Source: Azolla caroliniana (taxonomy: Eukaryota; Plantae; Polypodiophyta). Taken from it: a stretch of 64,000 nt of DNA. Numbering within the stretch: position 1 is the first letter of the stretch; the number at the start of each line of letters is the position of its first letter. Where the stretch lies: contig JBHGNT010000010.1 in assembly GCA_043228905.1 (NCBI GenBank), forward strand, positions 7,688,001 to 7,752,000, given 5' to 3'. The notes beneath the pieces were generated by a model that was given only the letters and a program-made list of their open reading frames with translations, was not told where the DNA came from and searched no databases. Shown here in pieces: positions 1 to 8,760 of this stretch. The translations under genes and the position numbers were made by a program.

Positions 1-31
1 TCGGGATAACCACAAGAAGGGCGGATATCGG

Positions 32-747
32 TTGGGCACGGAGATCGAAAGGACCATGGACCTACGAAAGGTCCTGGAAGAACGAATCCTCGACAGCAAG
101 GTGGAACTGTCGTTGCGAGAGGTGCTCGGGATAGCCAAGAAGGAGTTCCACGACTCCATCGTGGACTTGGTGAAGAGGAAGAGGTTGTCGACGGAGGTAG
201 AACCGGACAGGCCGGTGGAAGTGCGGACGACGCACATAGAGGACATGGCGCTGGAAGACGAATGGGCGGAGAGCCACTATTCGAGGCCACACTGGGCCCG
301 AGCGACCACGGAAACCCCAGTGAAAATCGGAGATGTTCAGGAACCGGTGGTGGCACTGGTGGACCACGGTTCGGAAATAAACCTGATGTCCATGGACTTC
401 TACAAAAAGGGGAAATGGCCGATCAACACTAAGCACGGGTGGAAGATATGGGCGGCGACGCGCGCCACCGAGGAACTACATGGGGCCTGCCCAAACGTGC
501 GAGTCAAGATCGGCACGTCGAAATAGACCAGCACTTCTTTGTGCAGGAAACGTCCTCGCACCCGGTCATTCTAGGGGAACCGTACATTATGGCGGCGCGA
601 ATGGAGACCAAGGTGTTGGACAACGGGTCGGCTTACGGGAGGGTCAAGAGCCAGGACGGGCATCATTCGGTCTAGTTCTTGACGGTACGACCCAACCACG
701 AGCGAAACTGCGAGTCCCTCGGTGGCGAGAACCGAGAGGATTTTTAG
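32..747 (+). pseudogene. gag: gag C-terminus plus aspartic protease of element A (one frameshift, one stop)
   Basis: ORFs 32..526 and 439..675 align with element B ORFs 7931..8194 and 8197..8706. Ends GAT TTT TAG at 739-747. Confidence 0.85.
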
Positions 748-803
748 AGAGGGCTGCCAAGGCGTGGGGCCGTGACAGTCCGGACACTCCGGGAAAACCC
801 CAC
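738..803 (+). promoter_or_regulatory. Putative -1 ribosomal frameshift signal (G GAT TTT, 6-nt spacer, pseudoknot)
   Basis: Heptamer 738-744; stem1 751-763/769-781; loop GTGGG pairs with CCCCAC at 798-803. The pol frame is -1 relative to gag-PR. Same layout in element B. Confidence 0.75.
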
Positions 804-3800
804 AAATGTACGATAAAAGCGAAACCAAAGAATCCTTGTACCATAAGTAGGAAGTTTTGTTTCTCCGACAACGGAGGGTGTACGATAGTCGGCGTCGTAG
901 GCCGAGAAAAGACAAGGGCGGAAGAGCGACTTCGGCCGTGCGGAGTTCTCGGGCCCAACGAGGAAATAAACGGAGCCGTGTAGGCGGTCTCCTTCGATGA
1001 TACCTTGGGAATACTGCGAGAGGTGGTCGGAGAGGGCCTTAAAGAGGACCGGACGATACTGGTTTGTTCAGAAGAGATGTATGAAGTCATCGCGGACTTC
1101 AGTCGAGGGCTCGAGTCGGATCGGACGGCCAGGGTTAACACGAAGTACAAGACTGTGGACCGGAAGGTAAGGCCAGTCGCGGCACCCTTACTGGAGGGCA
1201 GCGAGTTGCGAATCGAGGGGGTCGCGTCGGACCCCAGTTTACGTGATCCGGCCTGCATAGGACACACCTTCACCGACGGAACGCCACGGGAGCTCAAAAT
1301 CGGTGGGGGCGGGTTCCTACTGCCGGCGGAAGAAGACCGGTTTCGGAGAATGCTAGGAAGGCATGGGAAAGCCTTCGCATTCTCGCCGGAAGAAATCGGG
1401 TGCATAGACCCGATAGTCATGAAGCCGATGGTGATATTCACGGTACCGCATGTACCATGGAATCTCAAGCCAATTTCGGTACCGAGAGCTCACATCCCGG
1501 AGCTGATGGAGCTATTGAGGCAGAAAGTTGATATGGGCATCCTCGAACCGTCGAGTGCCCCGTACTCGAACCGGTGGTTTACTGTACCGAAGAAGAACGG
1601 GACGTTGCGCTTCATTCAAGACCTGCAGCCGGTCAACAGAGTGACCATTCGGAATGCAAGAATCAGACCAACAATAGACGAGTTCGCGGAGGCCTTCACC
1701 GGAAGGTCGATCTACTCGGTCGGTGATCTGTACTCGGGGTACGATCAGTTCCAACTAGCCGTAGAGAGCAGAGACATTACGACGATGCGGACTCCTCTCG
1801 GCCTAGTGCGGATGTGCACCCTGCCGCAAGGAGGGACGAACTTGGTGGCCCACATGGTGAATGCGATGAACAAGGTGCTGAGGGATTGTATCCCGGACAT
1901 CACCATGCCATTCTTGGACGACATCCCGATCAAGGGATGTCCGGTGGAGGAAAAGGACGAAACAATCGGACCGGACGGATGCTGGAAATTCGTGACGACA
2001 CACATTGACGACTGCAAGAGGGTGCTGCAGAGGCTAGAGGACGCGAGGCTCACCTTCTCCAGGGAGAAATCGGCCTTCGGGCAATCGGAGATCATGGTCG
2101 TCGGACATCTATGCGGGGCGTATGGCCGGAAACCGTCTCCGGCCAAGGTAGAAGCCATCTCCGTTATGAAGCCGGACTGTAACTCAGTCACGGAGGTACG
2201 GAGGTTCTTGGGAGCATGCACGTTCTACCACATATGGATCCTGCATTACGCCCACGTTGCCGAGCCGCTATACGGGTTGCTGAAAAAGGGGCAAAAATTC
2301 GAGTGGCGAGTCGAGCATACGGAGTCAGTCCGAAAAATGAAGGAGGCCCTTGCTGCAGCTCCGGCGCTCCGGAAGGCTGTCTACGAGAAAGGCACCCCCA
2401 TCTACATAACAGTAGATACAAGTCCGACTGGGATCGGTTGGATCGTCAACCAAGAAGATGAGGACGGTATTCGGTTCCCAATCCGGTTCGGCGCGAAGGT
2501 CCTCAACGAGCGACAGCGAGGATACGACCAGGTTAAACGCGAACTCTGGGGTATCGTTTCGGCGGTAAAGGCCGATAAAGACTATCTGATCGGGACAGAG
2601 GTAATTATCGAGACGGACTGCCTGCCGATCCTCGGCATGGTTTCCGGATGCGCAACCCCGGACCTGGCAATGCTCAGGTGGATTGCGTACATCAAGTCCC
2701 TGGATCCGGAAATACGACACATTTCCGGGAAGGACAATGCCATGGCCGACATGCTTTCGAGGGCGCGATTCGACGACGAGGGCGGCATGGTTTCGGAGGA
2801 CGAGGAAGTCGGCGTAGACTTCTTCGAGGCGGATTACGTAACAACCGAGGGGGAAAGCACTCCGGCGCTTAATGATTTCAACGAGAGCAAGTCGACGGGG
2901 AGTGGCTGCAGGTTGTGGGATTCTTAAGGACAATGGTGTTGGATGCATCGTGGACAAGGGACGAGGCCAACCGGATCCGGAAGAAAGCGTACCGATTCTT
3001 TCTCTGGGACGGATACTTGTGGAAGCACCCGAAGAAGAGGAACGGCATCCCGCCCCGAGTAGTGGCGACGAAGGAGGAACAGGAGGAATTATTGAAGGCC
3101 TACCACAACAGCCCCTGAGCTGGGCACCGTGGGACGTGGGCCACGTTCGAGAAGCTAAAGGGGAAGTATTGGTGGCCGGGACTGTACCGGGACGTGCATC
3201 GGGTCGTGACAACTTGTGAGAGCTGTCAGATGCACTCCATAATCCGACATCGGGACGAGCTTCACCCCACTTACCCTCCGGCCATCCACTTCAAATGGAT
3301 GGTAGATTTGGTGACGATGCCGATGGGCGTAGGGAAAATGCAATATCTGGTGCTGGCCCGGGAGGACCTGACGAACCAGGTGGAAGGCCGAGCCCTACAG
3401 AACAAAACGACCGCGGCCGTGTGTCGGTTCCTGATCGAGGACGTGATATGCCGGTACGGATGCGTCGGAAAGACCGTGGCTGACCGCGGGGAGTTGGACG
3501 CCGAAGAGGCCGAGGAGTTGTTCAACCGGTTAGGGGTCAAGCTCTCGCTCACCACAACGTACAATCCGGAGGCAAACGGGAAGGTAGACCGCGGGCACGG
3601 GCCAATCGTCAAAGCGCTAGTCCGGGCATGCGAAGGATAGGTCGGGAACTGGCCACGACTGTTACCCTATGCCTTGTGGGCGGACCGGACAACGCACAGT
3701 TCGGAAACCGAACTCATGTTCGGACAGAAGCCGATCATGCCAATGGAACGGACGATCTCCTCTTGGGCGACAGTAGACTGGAGTGACGAAATGAGTTGGG

Positions 3801-4189
3801 AAGAACTGCTAGCGGCGTGTATGCGGCAGCTCGAGCGGAGGCGAGAGGACGTGGAACGAGCGGCGGAGAGACTTCGGGCGGCAAGGATGAAGAACAAAGC
3901 CCGGTTCGACCGGACGCACCAACTCCGACCAAAGAAAATCGAGGAAGGCGACTGGGTGCTAGTCTACGACAGCAGCCTCGACAACCAGCATCGAGCAACA
4001 CGGAAGTTCGCGAAGCGGTGGTTCGAGCCTTACGTGGTAATGAGCGCCAACGACAACGAGACGTATCACCTGGCGGAACTCGACGGTACGAGGATGGCGA
4101 TGCCGGTAGCAGGGAAGCGGATCAAAGCGTTCAAGAAACGCCACGACGACGAACCGGATCTAAGAGGCCTAGACAGCGAAGACGAATAG
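738..4189 (+). pseudogene. pol: pol (RT-RNase H-integrase) of element A, disrupted
   Basis: ORFs 480..983 and 1005..2927 (same frame), 2915..3118, 3194..3640 and 3674..4189 together give RT, RH and IN with several stops and frameshifts. Confidence 0.9.
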
Positions 4190-4301
4190 TCCGAAACGGA
4201 GGGCGAACCGATGGACGAAGAAACGGAACCCAGACCGGTTTTCTCCAACCAGAAACCAATTTTGGCGCATACCGGTGGATGCACGGTTAGGTGGGGGCGG
4301 A

Positions 4302-4949
4302 TGTCGTGAAGAAAACCGTCCCTTGGCACAATCGGTGAATAGCGCACATGAACCGGCCCTTCACGTGTGCGCGCTCTTAATGTATATAATAGAGAATTAG
4401 GTACAGGGAGAGATCCAGGGTAGTTAGATTCGGTAGGTAGGAAGTAAATGAGGGAGACGGATCCCTTCTTGACGCTATAAAGGAGAGGGAGACGCAGGGA
4501 GAAAGGAAGCGCATAGAGGAGGACGAAATGCTGTCGGACCGGAACCGAACGCTTCTCCTCTGTCTGTTGTCTGTTGCTCTTCTCTGCAGGTTTCGGGAGG
4601 CTCCCGTTGCTTCGAGGAACACCCGTGTGCTTCCGGCAGCACCTCCATCCTATCCCCATTTCGTGCGCAGATGAACAGGCATCAGCATCTGTTCGCCGGC
4701 CTGTTCGGTTGTAGCCGCTCGCGTGTTCTGCTGTGTACTTGTTATTCGTTAATATACAAACACTTGTGTCTCCCTGTCTCTGTGTCCATTCACGTTTTCT
4801 GTGTTGACGGGCCACGCCCCTGTGTTTCTTGGCTCATCCGTGATCGGGCGTCTCTCTCCTTCTCTTTTCCCCTTCTATCACCTGCTCTTCGGTTCAAGAC
4901 TCCGGTGGTCCCGCCTCGCTTCCTCACGCACGCGCGTAGTAACGCGACA
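4302..4949 (+). repeat. 3' LTR of element A
   Basis: Starts TGTCGTGAAG right after the PPT and ends CGCGACA. TATA-like CTATAAA near 4476. The host RNase H frame resumes at 4950. Confidence 0.85.
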
Positions 4950-5250
4950 CCGGCTGGTACCACTTCGGTCCGGTGAGCTACATAAGGACACTGTCGATAG
5001 CAATATCAGATGCGTTCACGAACACATGAAATTCCTTCGACCAATCCGGGGGTTGTACTACCGATGCTTGGGAAAAAATTATTTTGAGCGCATGGTATGC
5101 CTTATCCTCTGGTTTTGTCCATTGGAAAGGTGTTTGGTGTACAGATGCGTGTAGTGGTGTCGCAAGATCGGCCAAGTATCGGAGCATCCGACTATGCCAC
5201 CGGATTTGTCCTAAAAACCGGCTCAAAGCTTTGGCGGTTGTCGATGCCGG
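4950..5250 (-). pseudogene. pol: RT connection / RNase H fragment of host H1
   Basis: LSRFLGQIRWHSRMLRYLADLATPLH...PDWSKEFHVFVNASDIAIDSVLM*LTGPKWYQPV. Confidence 0.85.
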
Positions 5251-6441
5251 TGTCGTGAAGATTTTCGGCAATAGTGTGAAAATCCCATAAAATGTACGAA
5301 ATCGAGTATGAATCACATAATACAATAATTGTGAAGATAACATTTTAAATAAATTTAATATCTAAGTACAAAATGATGGAGGTTTCGAATGCACTTTATT
5401 ACACGAGAAACGGACAACTAAATGTCAAGATATGAGGGTATAAAGTTTGTGAAAGGAAAAGACAAAATTGTGAGACATCCCACATAGGCACGACAAATAC
5501 GGCTCTCATCATATATAAGGTAGAGCAAAATATATTATCTTTGTGTCTATGTGTGGAGCATAGAGAGTTCAAGGTAACTTGAACTAAGAGTGGAGGTGGG
5601 CTAGCTACTCGTAAAGGGTTTTGGCCAACTAAAACCGGACTGGCGATGGAGCCGGTGATCCGGCGGCAATCCGGCGATGGCGAGGTGACGATATCCGGCG
5701 ACGGCGAGGCAGCGGCATCCGGCATCCAGCGTCGGTGAGACAACGGCAACCGGCGACAGCATCCGCCGTCGGTGAGATGACGGCATCCGGCGAGGCACCG
5801 GTAACCGATGGCATCCAGCGGCGGCACCAATATCCGATGGCAACCGGCGACGGCATCCGACGAACTGGCATCCGGTGACTAGATAAATAAATATATAAAT
5901 ATACAAGGAGGGCAAGTAAGGATTCGAACCTTGCACCTCCGAGTTAGGAGTCAATTGGCTTACCATTAAGCCATGCCATTTAGTTGAATTTATATTTCTA
6001 TCATTGTACTTTTACATGTAAATTCTCATACATGAGAGCTAAAATGAGTGACATGGTTATCATGCACCACATGTAATACGTAAGCGCCAAATGGCAAACA
6101 TGCATTTTATGCATGTCTTGTACCCTCACATGCATCATATGCATGAGAGCATCTATAAAAGGAGGGAGGAGGAGAAAAAACACGTTCTTTTTGGGGTTAT
6201 GAAATTAAGAAGAAGAAATTCGTTATCAAATTGATCGTGTAACTTGTTTCTTAAATCCAAAGATAAAAGTTCAATCAATCTCTCTCAATCGTTAGATCTC
6301 AACTTCTCTCTTTCCCAATCTATCTTAAGTACTTTCTCGCTAAAGCTTGCGCCAAAGCTTGTACCGACTTTGAACCCTTCCGGTCCAGAACCCCGGCGGT
6401 TCCGCCTCACGATCCGCGTGTAGTGGCCGATCTTCACAACA
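5251..6441 (+). repeat. 5' LTR of element B
   Basis: TGTCGTGAAG...CACAACA; direct repeat of 12264-13365; GC-rich internal tandem array at about 5633-5880. Confidence 0.92.
5908..5980 (-). ncRNA. tRNA-derived (SINE-head-like) Pol III module inside the 5' LTR of B
   Basis: Minus strand: A box TGGCTTAATGG, D stem GGCTT/AAGCC, loop CT-CCT-AA, B box GGTTCGAATCC with stem AAGG/CCTT. The acceptor stem does not pair. Confidence 0.7.
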
Positions 6442-6449
6442 TAATTAAG

Positions 6450-6467
6450 TGGTGAACCCGATGTGAA
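6450..6467 (+). promoter_or_regulatory. Primer-binding site, tRNA-Trp
   Basis: TGGTGAACCCGATGTGAA is complementary (one mismatch) to the plant tRNA-Trp 3' end TTCACGTCGGGTTCACCA as recalled. Confidence 0.75.
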
Positions 6468-6508
6468 AGAGGCGGTAGGAAGGATCAAGTCGAGATTAAT
6501 ACTTGGAG

Positions 6509-8706
6509 ATGGCGTCCTCAAGCAACCAAGCGGGAGAGCTCGAAAGGATGATGCTAATCGTCGAGCAAATGATGAGATCTCGGGACAACGACGCGAGCGT
6601 GTAGAAGGCTGTCGATCGTGTCATAGAGCTCGAGGGCCAATTCGATGGAAGGAAGGTTACGAAGTTCCTTGATGCATATAGAAGGGAGATGAATCAGAGG
6701 GACATGTCCGAGGCACGTCAAATCGCAAGCTTCAAGAGAGTTGTCGCCAACAACATCCAAAGACACGTCATCGAGCTTCAAGAAGCTAAGACAACATGGT
6801 CCGAGTTCGAGAAAACAATACTAGCGGAGTTCGTGACTAAAGACTCAACGAGGACGACTCGACATGCCCTGATGAAGTGGATAGAGAAGAAGAATAAGAA
6901 GTTGAGCGTCTCGAGGGTGTACGACGAATTCGACCAGATGTTTAGTCGTCTCCCCAATACGGACCAAGTATTGCTTGAAGAGGACAAGACTTTGTACTTC
7001 TTGAAGGCCGTGGACATAAAGGATAGACGGGAGTTGGGGACTCTTCTCGAAGATGATACCCAAGCAAATGGGCTTGTAGCGGACTGGATCGCGGTGAAGC
7101 GGGCATGCAATAGGCTCGACAAGCATCGCCAATGGGTTGATGACACCAACTTGACGGGATCGACTACCACGGAGAAAGCAAGACCGCCGAAAGTAGTTGA
7201 GCCGCCAAGACAAAGTAACGTGGAAGAAAAGAAGATTGATGAAGACATCATTGAAGAGCTAGCGAAGAAGTTCGAGAAGGTCACGCTAGCCAACATGAAT
7301 CGTCGGGGCCCTAAAGGAAAAGAACCCTTTAGATGCGTGTGGTGCGATAGCATGGACCACATGAGAAGGGATTGTGCGAGCCTTCGAGAGGCGATTCGAC
7401 AAAATATCGTATACATAGAGGACAACATGATCTGCTCAAGCGAGACTAGAAGACCCCTACGGGTGAATTTCGGAAGAGGAGGAATGAAGAAATCTATGGA
7501 GGATGCCGATGCGACTCATGTGGATGCGATGCACTATGTTGCGTCGGCCAGAATAAGAGTCGGGAAAGACAAGACTGAAGCTGCTAGAGCGGGAGCAAAG
7601 TTTTGGACGTCCGTTCTCGAATATGAGAAGAAGGGAAAAGTCACATCGAACGAGGTAGAGCTTGCTGACCGAAGTGTGCAAAGCATAACCGGGTGGTCGG
7701 ATCCAGTGGAGGACAACACCATACTCGCAGAGGTGATGTGCGACAACCACGAGGTGTTCGTTGAAGAAAAGAGAAAGAGAATAGAAGAGCAATGCCCATC
7801 AAAAAGACATGAAACACGGAACGTGAAAAAGAAGGACGATGCGGAGACGAGTCAACCTTTACAAACGGAGGAACGAGAATCAAGCCGAAAAGGGGAGCCG
7901 AGCATACGAGTTTAAGAAACGGTTCGACCAGTGAAGGTTGGTGTCGAAGACCCCGCTCGGAGGACAAGGACTATACCTACCTATAAGCTAAGGTCGGACA
8001 TAGAGCAGACGACAGACCTAAAGAAGATTCTCGAAGAACAAGTTCTTGATAGCCACGTAACTTTGTCCTTGAGGGAATTGCTTGGCATCACGAAGAAGGA
8101 GTTCCATGACACGATCGTGGACCTTGTAAAGAGAAAGAGACAACAATCGGACGAGGAAGAAGAGAAGCCGCAAAAAGCAAAACGAATGCCGTAACGATGG
8201 CAAGAGACGAAGTCGATGAAGATATGGTGGACAGCCACTATACTCGACCTCATTGCGCACGAGCGACAACGATGACGCCGGTGAAGATCAGGGAGAAGAA
8301 AGAGACTGTGGTAGCCTTCATCGACCACAGCTCGGAGATCAACCTCATGTCAACCGACTTCTACAAAAAAGGAAGATGGCCAATCAATACAAACCACGGA
8401 TGGAAGATTCGTGCGGCAACAAAGTCTACGGAGGACTTGTACGGAGCTTGTCACAATATCAAAGTCACGATCGGGGATGTGGAGATGGATCAACACTTCT
8501 TCGTACAAGAATCGGCATCGCATCCTGTCATCCTAGGGCAACCTTATATCACATCATCTCGGATGGAGACCAAAGTGTTCGATAATGGAGTAGCCTTCGC
8601 ACGAATAAAGAGTCTTGACAACCAAAGATCGGTCCAATTCCTAACGGTGCGAGCCAATCATGAAAGGAATCGAGATAGTCTCAGAGGCGAATCCTCGGAT
8701 TTTTAG
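6509..8706 (+). pseudogene. gag: gag-protease of element B
   Basis: ATG 6509 is in frame with ORF 6689..7915 (zinc knuckle CVWCDSMDHMRRDC), with a premature TAG near 6602. Then ORFs 7931..8194 and 8197..8706 (IDHSSEIN, VILGQPY). Confidence 0.88.
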
Positions 8707-8760
8707 AGCAAACTATTGAAGCATGGGGCACAAATAGTCCGAGCAATCACAAGACCCCAC
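8697..8760 (+). promoter_or_regulatory. Putative -1 frameshift signal of element B
   Basis: G GAT TTT at 8697-8703, TAG at 8704-8706. The -1 frame is open from 8697 into ORF 8772..10256. Stem ACTATT/AATAGT; loop TGGG pairs with CCCCA at 8755-8759. Confidence 0.72.

Larger units (their letters stand above)
1..4949 (+). mobile_element. Ty3/Gypsy LTR retrotransposon A (family G1); 5' part lies outside the window; degenerate
   Basis: Domain order PR (LVDHGSEIN), RT (FLDD), RNase H (TVDTS...ETDC), IN (H/C zinc motif, DLV..DRGE..E, WFEPY). G-rich PPT at 4285-4301, then an LTR with termini TGTCG...CGACA. Confidence 0.93.

Noticed and set aside
644-3212. Long antisense ORFs over pol genes (644..1468, 2325..3212 and similar ones in C1-C3)
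   Set aside because: Shadow frames of GC-rich coding sequence with no domain signal.
5399-5966. Minus-strand ORFs in the LTRs of B (also 12438..12890)
   Set aside because: They are produced by the GC-rich repeat array, and their frames are not conserved between the two LTRs.
5908-5980. Functional tRNA-Arg(CCT) gene
   Set aside because: Acceptor and anticodon stems do not pair properly, so it is kept only as a tRNA-derived module.
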